Shown one piece after another: positions 40,595 to 58,289 of a DNA stretch of 64,000 nt (position 1 is the first letter of the stretch; each line of letters begins with the position of its first letter). Source of the DNA: Schmidtea polychroa (taxonomy: Eukaryota); assembly GCA_044892525.1 (NCBI GenBank), contig CM097885.1, forward strand, positions 238,330,001 through 238,394,000. Reading direction: 5' to 3'. The notes below the pieces were generated by a model. The model was not told where the DNA came from and made no database searches. It was given only the letters and a program-made list of their open reading frames with translations. A program made the position numbers and the translations under genes.

Positions 40595-41750
40595 ACTACA
40601 TATGGGGGGGGGGTCATTTACGAAAATTTATGAAGTTGTATTTTTAAATGAAATATAATTTAACTGTCTATGAAAATGATATAATTCAGTATACCTACGT
40701 AATAGTTAATGGCAACATGATTTGAGGGGGGTCGGTTAAATAAAAATACTAGTTATATCTTTAAAGGTAATATAAGTTGATTACATCTGAAAACAAATTA
40801 AATTAGCACTTTTTGGCTATCATTAATGACTATATGATCTGAGGGGGGGGGTCATTTATAAAAATTTACCATTTACATTTTTAAATATAAGTTAAATATA
40901 TATTATGATAAGCTGATTTATTATATTTAGGTAGTGGTTAATGACTATATGAAGTTGAGTGGGGTCATTCATGAACATTTACAATTTACATTTTTAAATA
41001 TAAAATAAGTTAAATATATATTAAAAATAAGTCAATTTAGTATATTTAAGTACTGGACAATGAATGTATAATTTTGAGGGGGTCAGTTATGAACATTTCC
41101 AATTTAGAATTTCAAATATACTATAAGTTAAATATATATTAAAATAAGTTAATTTAGGATATTTATGCAATGGATAATGAATGTATAATTCGGAGGGGGG
41201 TCATTTATGAACATTTACAATTTATATTTTAAAATATACTGTAAGTTAAATATATATTAAGATAAGCTAATTTAGTATATTTAGGGGGTAGTTGATGACT
41301 ATATGGTTTGTGGGGGTCTTTGATGAAAATTTTTCAACTATAATTTTAAAGGTAATCTAAGTTAAGCATATATATTAAATAGTCTAAATTAGTGTATCAG
41401 GTAGTGGTTAATGGTTATATGAATTAAGGGGGGTCATTTATCAAAATTTTCCAAATTTATATCGTAAAGATAATGTATTAATGTATTTAGACAATAATTA
41501 ATGGTTAGGTGATCTGAGGAATTATTAAGTTTGATAACTGCACATATATAAGTTAATTTATTGCTATATATATTGTTCTCGACTAATGTATAGTTTGAGG
41601 GGGCTACTTATGAAAAAGGTAAGTTATACTTTTATAAGTTTCAAATATACATATATAAGTTAGATTATGAATTTGGACATTTGTTTCAACGATTACGTAA
41701 CTTGGGGGGGGGGGGGGTATTTATAAAATTTACAACTTATTATAGATTAT
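40595..41750. repeat. Tandem array of about 120-bp units anchored on GGGGGGTCATTTAT
   Basis: G-run anchors near 40604, 40725, 40842, 40960, 41077, 41193, 41312, 41427, 41597, 41704. Confidence 0.85.
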
Positions 41751-42420
41751 ATTTTTATCGCTAACGTAGTTTATATTTTATACTTTTATGACCAAATTAA
41801 GATTATAATATAAGTTTAATATAAGTTTATAATTTATATTTTTATGAAGTTAAATTTATGGTTTATATTTTAAAGCTAATATAATTTTATAATTTATACT
41901 TTTAAGTTTATAATTTATATTTGGTGAAGTTCAATTTATAGTTTATATTTCTAAAGTTAATATAATTTTATAATTTATATTGTTAAGTTTATAATTTATA
42001 TTTTTATGAAGTTAAATTTATGGTTTATATTTTAAAGCTAATATAATTTTATAATTTATATTTTGATGAAGTTAAGTTTATAATTTATATTTTTATGAGG
42101 TTAAGTTAAATTTATAGTTTATGTTCTAAGGCTTATATAATTTTATAATTTATACTTTTAAGATCATGATTTATATTTTGAAGAAATTAAGATTATAATT
42201 TATACTTTTACAATCAACTTAGAGTTATAATTTATAATTTATAGACAATGTAAATTTGTAATTTATATTTTTAGGAAATTAAATTTATAATTTATACTTT
42301 TATAACTAATCATAATTTATATTTTGAAGAAATTAAATCTATAAGTATAATTCATATTTTTATGAAATTGAGAGGATAGTTTATACTTTTATGGGTTTAC
42401 GATTTGTATTTTTATAGTTA
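41750..42420. repeat. AT-rich minisatellite (TTTATAATTTATATTTT...AAGTT)
   Basis: Direct reading. Confidence 0.8.
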
Positions 42421-44296
42421 GTTTAGAGTCTATTCAATTAAAAATCCAAGTCTTGCTAATACGCATGTCGAACACCTTTAGGAATACTATCACTACTTAC
42501 ATAACATTTGTGTCGACAATTTACTTTTTATAGCTATTCAACTTAGTGTAGAATAATGTGAAGATGTTGCCCGAACTTATAAGTTATAGATATAATATTA
42601 GTAGTTTATAGATAAAGAAACTTTGTCAATATGTCTACGGGAATTTGCGCATACCAAGACCATTGCGATAGAGAAATTTAGTTTTCATCAAAATAGTTTT
42701 TTTTGTGGGCATCTATAGATATTAGTTCGCTTACCAGTGCGATTGAGATTATATCATCTTAGGTCCTACTCATCGCATGAACTTTAGGTTGCAGTATTCT
42801 TACAGGGAATGGTTCAAAATTTTTAAGTCTTAAATTGCCTTAAAAAAATTTGCGCAGGGATCTCCCTGTTATTTTGAGTTAATTAGTTTCTTAGGTTCAC
42901 ATTGAATTTATAGTTTAAGAGGGATTCGTTTAGAAATAACCAGCTACACTAGCATGTTGTATTGTGTGAAATTTGAGTCAGGGGATATTCCCCGTTTATC
43001 AGTTCCTAATGTTGTGTGCAAAATAGTATAATTTAAGTGTTAATTTAGGTATGTAAGTTAACGAAAAGGTCGATTTAATTAAAATTTACCTACTTTCCCG
43101 ACTACACTGAGTACGGTACGATAGGCCCTATTGTAATATGTATCCACAATTAGTTTCCCATAATTATTTCGTCCGCATAGTCCCTGTGACTATGCCAACT
43201 ACCAAGAAGGATTTATACGCCCTACTCATGGTTAAACACCAATAGTTCGTGGCGACCTCTGGTTAAGATTATGATTTTAGTGCATGTAGGGTCGAAGACC
43301 CGAAATCATTATGAACTGTGCATTCATAAATGATAAAGTGCATAGGTGCAGGGTTGGCTGGGATCTCGCTTCAAAATCATTGATAACCTACGATCTCATT
43401 CAAATCTACACCTCTATAATTAAATAGAAATAATGAAAACAAGGTTTCAATAATAATAATTTATAATTCACAATGAAATCGTCCTTACTTACAATCTCAG
43501 AAAAATCAAAATCAAAAATTTGGCATAAGAGTAAAAATATTCATTTTCATTTTTTTCCTTGCTTAAAAAGTGACGAAATGTGTTAGTTTATATAGCCTCT
43601 GTTTGACGTGTAAGTATACATGCGTGCATTGATGCAGTAAAACAAATTCAGATTATTTTAATTCTCGAACATTCGATTTTTAATTTTTATCGATTTTGAT
43701 GGCGATTTTTCAGTAAGAATTTTTGTTTTTATTTTTGAAATTTTATTTTCGAATTATTTTTTATTAAATTTGCCTCCATGATGGATTTCAGCATTTCCAG
43801 AACATTCCTTGCTAAATTTAATCTATTTCTTATTTTTAAATTGTTTTTTATGATTTCTTTTCTAAAATATTTATTTTTTATAAATTTTATTGGGTCGTTT
43901 GGCCGTCATGATGGATTTCGCCATTTTTATGAATTGTTCTGGATTTTTATTCAAAATATCGATATAATTTTCTTTACGTAAGATTTTATGAAGATTTTCT
44001 TTAATTTTCTTTTTTAATTTTTACTAATCGCCTTTATTCGAATTTGTTTTTTGTTGTTTTTTATGTCTTTCGGTTATATTTGAGTAAGTTTTCGTGTAAT
44101 ACTTCTTGCTCGTGTTTTATTTTATTTTTAATTCAGATGTTTTATTTTTGGGTATATTATCTCTCTATTATCATTGTTTACTTGGTGTTTTATATATTTT
44201 TATTTAAGTAAACTTAATGCTGGGTATGCGTGTTGTGTACTGACACATTTCGTCCCATTCCCAACTTTGGGTCTAGAAATCAGTTCTAGCCCAACA

Positions 44297-44870
44297 GTTG
44301 TTTAAAGTTTTCGTTTTCTTCAGTGTATCGATTGGCTATTCTTTGTTTATCATTTTTTATGACATACATTCTGTAAGTATGGAAGCGATGATCTTTGGTG
44401 CATAAATATTTCTTTGCGAGCTGGTTTTCTGTAGAATCCGTATGTTGGAGTATTTGTTTCTATTTTAATTCTCACATCCAATAAATTGAGGGATTCATCA
44501 TCTTCCGGATATTCGATTTCGAACTTAATATCTCAGTGAGCCGCATTGAATGTATGAAATATTTCTTCCGATTCTTTTCTGCTTTTGGTCGCGATGAAGA
44601 TATCATCTACATATCTTGCATTGAAACCGATGGGTTGTATGGTCCTCAGTGTCTGTCGTTCGAGGTTATCAATAAAGATGATTGCTAGCAGTCTTGATAT
44701 GCTAGAACCCATAGGCAGACCTTTAACTTGTTTATAGATATTTTGCTCAAAGGTAAAATAGGTGTTCTCGAGGATAACAGTAAGAAGTTTGGAGATATTC
44801 TCGCTATTCATTTCCTTTATTAACAAGTTTCATTCTCTTAATTTCTTTTCTAAACATCGTGTGATATACT
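44297..44870 (-). mobile_element. Penelope-like element, RT piece
   Basis: YFTFEQNIYKQVKGLPMGSSIS..LAIIFI..LE...RYVDDIF; then FEIEYP..LNLLDV...FYRKP. Confidence 0.85.
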
Positions 44871-45045
44871 CTTATAATTATTCAAATAAAAAGTACAAAA
44901 TAACTTCTTACTTTGGATAATAGACAAAGTTGATTTCAATCCCAAAATTTTATAGTGTTTGGTTAGTTTTAGTGTTAAATTATGACTGAAATGTATATAT
45001 AGTCTGATTTTGGTGTGTGTGCATTGATTCAGTCAAACAAATCTG

Positions 45046-48000
45046 TGGTGGGTTACCTGTGTGGAGAATCTTTTGCTTTGCATGTTGTTCGTTTAATACC
45101 TTCGATATGTTTCATCTTCCGCTAGCAACCGCGCATAATTATTTTATTCGACCACTAAATGCCCGTCGCAAGCGACGTTGGTGCTGCAATTTAGCGGATG
45201 GCTGTCTGCAAAAAGTGAGCTCTACCATAAGAACTGCTAATGAACCGACGAGCCTCTGGGTTCATGGGCTACTGTAGAAGGTATTGCGTCCCATTTTCTC
45301 TAGTCCCTTTACCATTTACATTTCCTTGAATCTCCTAATTAACCCGAGACTTTTTCATAACCTCAATCTTTTGGTTTAATTTCTGCACATGTTCCGGGCG
45401 GAACCACGCGGCTTTCATGCGACAGCACTTTCGTATTATTGTTTCTACCCGCTCTGTATGCCTAGCCGCTTCCGACTAATATCAGCTAGTCCTCTCGAAA
45501 TTTGTCCATTTTGTGCACTATAATAATATTATAAAATTTATGTTAATGGCACCGATGGTAATTATACTTTCAACTATATTTTGCAATGTTAAATATTAAT
45601 AAAAATCATACTTTTGTTTTAATAGCTGTTGGTTAAATTTAAAATGTAAATAAAAACAATGTTTACCTTAAATTTCGACATCCAGCCGAGATATCCTCCT
45701 TCATCTCGAAGTCATCAGATTTTCTCCTGTATTTTTATGTTCTCTTTCATTTACTCATGAGTCCTATGCTTACTGACAAGATTTGATTAAATTTCTATTC
45801 AGTAAAAATCGTTTTATTTTTTTTCTTTAAAAATATAAATAACAATCAAGAATTACGATTAGGTACAAATAAATAATGAATTTATGAAATTTTAATTTTT
45901 TTTGTTCGGCCTTTTTGTTCGGATATCGATTCGGGTCCTTGTCTAGTTTGTATTCATTTCACAATTGCGCCTATTTTTAATTAATCGATTTCCTGATAAA
46001 CTTAACTTATAATTTCCCCTTCAGTTCCTAACATAGCTAAAAATATTTATAATCAAACTCATGTTAAGGTTAAAAGTTAATTTTTAAAGACTGCTGACGG
46101 TAATTTAATTCATGCAACAAATTAAATCATCATCATCATCTCCTCTACAGTGGCGGATTTAGATTTTGGTGCGTGGGGGGGCTAGGAAAATTTTCAGGGG
46201 GCACCACAAATTATGAAGATGGTACTACTTATTTTCGCGAGTATTGAGTGAATACTAATATTATTATAAAGCATTATATTCAGTAAATTTATTCTAGTAA
46301 ATTTATTGATGTAACAAACATACCAGTTTATTTATTATTTAAATTGCTTCCTGTGTGATTTCATTGAAGCAAAACGATTTATAGTCGATTCAAAGTCAAT
46401 GTTCTCAGTCAGTTCTCGTTCTATTGAAATTAATGCTAATCCAGACAGATGTTCGTTTGTCATTGTTGATCGCAAATAATTTTTGATGATTTTAGTCTAC
46501 TGAAACTTCTTTCAGCAGTAGCAGATGTAACAGGAAGAGTCAAGTATATTTTATAGAGAATTGCCAAATTGAGAAGTCCTGGCGCAATCTGTTTTTCAAC
46601 CAAGAAAAGCATCACCTCTTTAAGTTCTAGTTCACAAGATAGTAATGGGCGTATTGATGCATACACGTATTTGAAAGTATCATATTCTAGGATTGCTTCT
46701 TCAATATTAATATCGTTTTTGTAAATGTCGCATAAATTTTGAAAAGATTCTTTATTTTCTTCTGATATTTGTGATGGATCAAGACAGGAGAATAAAAGGA
46801 GAAGAAATCATTAAAACGTTCATCTAGTTGTGTTACAAGTGTATCCAAGACAGTGAAATACGTTTTGCATTTGAAGCGTGTAGTTGCATCATCAACCCTT
46901 TCATGTCTGTTAAGTTCACCTGCCATGCTTTTCTTTTTTGCAACTCGCTTTTCTTTAAATTCTGTTTCAACATCTAGTAAGGAACAATTTTTGATAAAAA
47001 ATGATTTTACAGCAACATTTAGACTTTCAAAAGCTTTATCACTTCTCATATCAGCAAACTTATTTCTGGCAACATAAATCAATTGTTTTGCAAACGCAAT
47101 ATCAATGTCCTTTCGTTGCAAATAGGTTGATAACACAAAGATATTATCTAACAGCTTTTGTAGAAATAGCATCAGAAAAACAAAAGAATATTTTGTTATC
47201 AAAATAGATAGTCCCATAGCTTCTGCTCTGACACTTCCTTTGTGTTCTTTTGATTCCCCAAAATTTATATCTTCTAGAGTAGATATAATAGCGGAGAATG
47301 ATCCAACAACTGCATCAACTGCATGCTTTCGGCTTGCCCATCTTGTATCAGAAAGTCGTTTTAGAGTATCTACTGTCGATTCATATAAAGACTTCTGATG
47401 TTCTTCGAGAATATGTAGTCGTGGTAGACTTGATGTAAGGAAAGTATACAACTTTTCTGTTGTACCAAAAAACAAATGAACATCACTGTTAAGAGACATT
47501 GCTTCAATAGTCACCAAATTCAATGCATGAGAACAACAGTGAACAAAGATGGCATTTGGTGAAAGTGTCTTTATCTTAGTTTGAAGACCATTTTTAATCC
47601 CAGACATCACAGAGGCACCATCATATGCCTGACCTCTACAAAGTGTGATGTCAATGTTTCGCTTTTGTAACTCAGTTAATAATATATTAGAAAATGCTGC
47701 AGCATTACTGTTTTCCAACGTGTAGAAGCCTATAAATCGTTCAACAACTTGTCCTAATTTTAACACTAATCTTAAAGAAACTGACATCTGATCAACTCTG
47801 GATATATCAATTGTTGAATCAACAATTAGAGAAAAGAATTGTGCAGACCTAACTTCATTATCAATATTTGCGGATAATTCTGAGGCAAGTGATTGAATTA
47901 GGTCATTTTGTACATCATGACATAAATAAAGTTCACTTTTCTTTTCAAACTTTAGATGATTGTCCAAAGTGGAATCATATTTAGCAAATAAAAATAGCAA

Positions 48001-50796
48001 TTCACAAAAATTTCCAGTATTACTACACCTGTCAGAGCCAGAATGTTCTCTGTGTCCTCTAAATGGCAAACCTTGTTTTGCTAAAAACAACGTTGCATCT
48101 ACCATTCGTTTCAAAACTTCTCTATTTTTTCCACTTGATAACGCTCCTGACTGATCAAACCAGATAACACAGTTTTATCATTTGAAATGCGATATTCAGC
48201 CAGCAAATTGACATATTGCACTTTGATGTTGATTGGAAGTTTCATGTTTAACGATTTTTTCCACGCCTTTTTCCAGTTATAAACTCCAAAATTTGGGTCG
48301 GACCATTCCTTGCTATAATTTTCAGTTTTACAATCAGCGAATAACCATCAAGCTTGGCAATGCATTTTTTGATTTGTTGGTGAATAGACAAGCCAATTTC
48401 TTTCCTCCTTCATATTACCTTTTCCAAACAATTTTGTGTACCAAGAAATTTGAAACTTGCGCCCCAATTCATCTGTCGGAAATTGAAATGGTTCATTGAG
48501 TCCAGGTTGGCATGGTCCGATTTCAAACAATTTTCGTATCAGTTTCGACCTTATGCTCGTATTAATGTAGAGTCCTTGATCTGTAGGAAAGTCGGATTGA
48601 GGAAGAAGTGGTTCTTGTAAAATATCTGAAGCAAGTTGTATCAAATTCTGAATCACCCTGATTATGTTTCAAGCCCTGAGCAGGTAATGTTATCGTCTCA
48701 GTATTCTCTGCACATGAATGTATAGCTGGGTGTTGTTCATCAACTACAGATAGTACTTGCTCATCTTCAACAAGAACTTCAGATGATGTTTCTGTTTCAG
48801 CAGGCTCAGCACAGGAACTCGAATGCGTAGATGGGTGATGATCATCAAATACATGCTCATTTTTAGCAGAAACTTCAGTTGATTGAACTATTAGCAGTTT
48901 AGACTGTTTAGTTATAAATGATGTTAACTTAATATATTTGCTAGCATCTGCCTTGAGACTGGCTTCCTTTGCCAATTTACGCCTAGATGATCCACTTAAT
49001 TTGGTAACTGCTTTGCTTTTATTAGTGTCACCAGCTGACTCAGCCATGGCTCTAATTTAAATTTTATTTTAATTCAATATTAAATATTATTTTAATATTT
49101 CAATAGTAACGCAATAATTTGTTTGTCAAAAAAGTCCAAATTGACAATAAATATTATGGTTAGATTTATGTACAAACACTATACAAGCTTAAAACTTCAA
49201 ACAGTCGCTTTTCACTGGAGCTATATAATATTATTAATATGATGCAGCATAACAGCTGGAGTTGCTTAAATCCAGTTGAACTTTGTACACAGACAAAACT
49301 GTAATAAGAGAAAGGCCAGGCCGTCTGGTTAGTGGCAGTCTCAGCACTGCTGAGTAAGCAGTAATCTGCACTACTGAAGAATATGCCTGCTGCTGTGCTG
49401 CATCAACTATGTTTAACAACATAGCAGAGTAATAGGTACTATCAATAATAATAATAATCTATAAACGGTGACTCTGAGCAGCTGTATGCTGCAGTGATAG
49501 TAGAATACATTTCAGTCCATTTAGCTTTTCCAAATCAAAGATATATTAAATTGTCAGTGTCAGTGATCGGATTAATCTTAATGCTTGTACACATTCATAA
49601 AAATTATCTTTGGTGACGCCAATTAGGATTCAACAGGGGCTTGGAGGGGCGACTCGCCTCCAACGCCTATAGCTAAATCCGCCACTGCTCCTCTATCGGA
49701 CATATCTTCGCTTTGAGGTACCTCAAATTGACTAACTTTCTAGAAATGTCTCGAATAATTTAAATTTACTTGATATAAATTATTGTTTTTATGAAATTTA
49801 AATTTTTACAAATAATTTCACAATTCTTACTACCGTATCCTGCTAACAAATCGGAACTCCTTCTGATATTCTTCCTTTTTGATGAACTTGATGGCTGATA
49901 ATCTTTCTTCGCGAACGCTGACCATTCGCTCTTCTTTTAAACTGAGTCAGTTACATATTTTCCAACTTATCATTTATATTAGGCAGAGTATCCGAGTTTT
50001 GCCGAACAGCCTCCCTCGTACTCTTTTCCTATATACTACCAGGAGTAGATAAACTACTTCCGGGTATTTATATGTTCGTCCTTGTGCAATTGTAGTGTAA
50101 AGATTTGTGATTATTCGTAAAATATTCCAAATATGATTTCAGTTTATATAAATAATTTAACACAATTTTATCAACTTTTTAACTTCAAAAATTTATTTAA
50201 TTAAAGAAAATTAAAAAAGGGGGAAAAAGAAACAAAACCATTTGAACTTAAAATCATAGAAACATGGCATCCGGAAATTTTCTATTGGCATTCCAACAGG
50301 TAAGTAAGAGTTAGAGTTTAAAAGCTTGGTGCACTCATCGAGGTTCATTCTGTCGTTGATCATCATCTTGATCCTAATTCTTTATATTATGACTGAAAAA
50401 TTCTACAAATTAATGGTAAACAAAAATTATAAAATAAAATCTGATCCTGAATCGATCCTACGGGCTTATACCTAAAGATTCATCCTAAATTACCTAAATC
50501 AATTTGATAACAACAAACCCATATTTTAAAAATATATTGACTTCGAGATTTATACATTAATTTCTTTATTTTACAAAGGTTTTTGGATTTATTTGCAGTT
50601 TTTATTTTTTAATTAATTTTTTATTTTCTGTTTATTCTCATTTTATATATATATATTTATTTATCTGTTGTATTTTTCACTCGATTTCCTCTATTAGTTG
50701 AATTTTTTTCCTGTTTGTTTTTCGATCTAGAGTCTAAAAAACAATTGATTGTCTAAATTCTAGGCAAACAATTGTTTTTTTAGTTTTTTCCCAACA
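45046..50796 (-). mobile_element. Solo LTR-like element, family A copy 3 (about 2.2 kb without the nested hAT)
   Basis: Minus-strand TGTTGGG...GTAACCCACCA; TSD TCTG/TTTG (1 mismatch); 45046-45290 homologous to 38007-38200 (GCAAAAAGTGAGC, CTGGGTTCA). Confidence 0.7.
46148..49687 (-). mobile_element. Full-length hAT transposon (ZMYM1/DUF4371-type transposase, about 49047-46340, frameshifted)
   Basis: Perfect 15-bp TIR CAGTGGCGGATTTAG; exact 8-bp TSD CTCCTCTA; FLAKQGLPFRGH, FSLIVDST.D, RGQAYDGA, HCCSH.LNL, LSDTRW, LPVTSATAERSFSRLK. Confidence 0.95.
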
Positions 50797-51159
50797 TTTG
50801 AATTATTTTAATTATACTTAATTTTGAATTCTAATTTTCATCAATTTTGATGGCTATTTTTTATAAATTATTAATTTTATTCTATAAATTTTATATTTTA
50901 TTTATTTTTAATTAAACATGCCTCCAAATTGGATATGGGTATTTTCTAGAACATTCTATGCTACTTTAATGATTTACTATATAATTCATCTCGTTTGATT
51001 TTTATGTTAGTTTATTTTAGTCTTTTGATAGTTTAATTCTTATTTTTATCTTTTAGTTAATTTCAACTAACTACTTGGCGCCCATAATGGATTTCGCCAT
51101 TTTATAGAATATTCTAGCATTTTTATTATTTCTATTATAATTTTTATTCTTAGTTACTT

Positions 51160-51398
51160 TTCTGGTGGTAAGCTGTGGAAATATATATCAAATTTCCATT
51201 CATATCGCTATTAATTCAAATTCGTTTACTTCTTTGCCTTTGCATTTATTCTTTATATTTGTGATGAGTAATTTAAAGGACATTTTGAGACACATACTCA
51301 ACGACATTAATTCTTAAATAAAATGGAAAAATTAAGTGAATCAAGTACATTCATCAGGAGCCGCATGCGGCTCGCGAGCCACAGGCTGGCCTCCCGTG
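51160..51398 (+). mobile_element. hAT right-end relic
   Basis: GAGCCGCATGCGGCTCGCGAGCCACAGGCTGG palindromic subterminal motif typical of Buster/SPIN-like hAT ends. Confidence 0.5.
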
Positions 51399-52616
51399 AT
51401 CTATAATAAATCTAAGCAGTGAAATGTTCAAAATGAATATTTATATTTGTTGATGAAATTTTTGAATTTTTCATAATTGAAAATGAAAATGACATTCTAT
51501 TACGATTTTAAATGCAAAATAAGTCATTTATCAAGGACTTCAATATGAAATATATTGTTTTATGACGATGTAACTCAATGCATGATTCTCTTATTACGCT
51601 GGATGATACAAACCTGTCCCATTCGGTGTCGCAACCGAATTAGTTTTTAACCTTTCTCGTATAAAACCAACAAGGGTGTTTTATAAGCACACGGAGTCTC
51701 TTGTGATTATATGGGAAAGCTATGCAGTGAGGCATATTCTTACAATTAACCTTAGTTTTTAGAAGAAAAATATTTTCTATCAAGATTTGACTAGTCTATA
51801 TCATTCATTTAGGAATCACAGAAATGAGTCCGCTGAATGTGGAATTATGATTGGTTGATTGGTCTAAATACGAAGTCCAACATATTCAAGAGATAACAAG
51901 TGTGGCAACACTAAAGCCAAAGTAATTGTTTAAGAAAAAGTAAATTGCTTTTTCGCGTGAAAAATTGCAAATTCACCGGCGATCGACTTTAAATCATTAA
52001 GCCTTTCAACCTTGTGTACCAATGTTCTACAAAAATTGAATTTGTTATCTCTTATGCTGATACAATAAACTTGTTTTAGATTATTCCCTGCAACATTAAA
52101 ATATTTGCTTCCTTTGATTTCCGGTTCATCTATTAAATAAATTAATTTTTAATCACAAATAATTAATAATACCAACAAAATGTATTTCACTCAATCTTTC
52201 AGTGATTAAACGTGCACTGTAAACACCTGGGAGAGTGATTGCATAATTTCGTCACGCTAGTTGTCTTTTATTATGTACCAATCAGATCAAAACAGTTCGA
52301 CTAAAGGCAGTTTTAAACAATATAACATTCCAGTAGGAATGAATGCATTTAGTGCATGATTAAAAATAAGTACAAAAATAATTTGAGTATAAAATTATCA
52401 GGCATTCAGTTTGATTTTTTAGAGAAAGTTAAATATTCTAAAATTGCAAACTAACAAAAAAATATCAACAATAAAAAACAAACAACAATTTCTTATTATT
52501 TATTAATGGTCAAAGTCATGAAATTTAATCAACACCGCCGTAACCATTTCATAGATTTACATGGTGATAAATTTCAATGAATTAGAAAATATTAATAATA
52601 ATTATAATAATAATTA

Positions 52617-57474
<4,858 letters not shown>

Positions 57475-58289
57475 ATTCTTCACTTAATAATTAGTTTTTA
57501 GTTTCGTTTTCCATAACAATTACAAATTCCGGTGTATTATGTTAAATGTAATATTTGCTAAATTAAAATAATTCCAGTAATTTTATAATTATTAAATTAG
57601 TTATATGTAATTTTACAATTGTTTACAAATCATATATGATTTTAAACAAACCTTAGAATTAAAAATGAATTATTAAAATTTTCTTATATTAAATAAATAT
57701 AATTTCAACATTTTCTAATTTGAACAAAAATTGTTTTATAATATATTGAAAGGTGTTATTATGAATGTGTTATTACAAAAGTTACACTTCAGTTTCTTCG
57801 GATATATTTATTATATTCATATAAAGAATTTATCCATTTTTATTTCGTTGAATATGAGTAGTAATTATGACTTAGATTGTTATTACCTAACCAAATAGCT
57901 ACCTGAAATTAGTAATATGGCAACAGGTTGAAGTGTGTGATTGTAGACGTTGACGTACATCAGTGACTTTGTCTACAAATATAGATCAAGCTCATTTTGT
58001 TATAGTGACTTGATTTTTACAATAGCAACCCCAACTAAATACGTGAATTAACCAGACTGTAACGGTCACTAGTGACGTTTATGATGTGCAATCTGGGTCA
58101 AATTTGAGAACAAAGGTGAGAACCGACCCCTTGAGCTTGCTAAGTCCATGAAAGTAGGTAGATAGTGGCCTACGGGAACAATTACCCCCCCCCCGGGGGG
58201 GGAGGGGGGTTTGTTCCCAAATTTTTATTACGCAATTGTTCCCAACTCATTTTTTTGCTTTCAGGGATTTTTGGTCCAAATTTTTTTTT

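Larger units (their letters stand above)
38007..44296 (-). mobile_element. Large solo LTR-like element, family A copy 2 (6290 bp, including about 4 kb of extra cargo)
   Basis: Minus-strand TGTTGGG...CCCACCA ends, 4-bp TSD GTTG; excision restores the Penelope frame FKQQSNFNKIL; homologous blocks to copies 1, 3 and 4. Confidence 0.75.
44880..51150 (-). mobile_element. Family A LTR fragment, copy 4 (44880-45045 plus 50797-51150), split by copy 3
   Basis: GTGCATTGATTCAGTCAAACAAAT | ATTATTTTTAATT...TTTTGATGGC...ATGGATTTCGCCATTT is colinear with 43625-43930. Confidence 0.6.

Noticed and set aside
40595..41750. CRISPR-like regular spacing of a conserved motif
   Set aside because: The sequence between anchors is homologous from unit to unit, there are no cas genes and the context is eukaryotic; this is a satellite
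45670..45720. Minus-strand CTGATGA...GAAA with an internal hairpin
   Set aside because: Stem II cannot close correctly next to the core and there is no stem I/III; it lies within LTR copy 3
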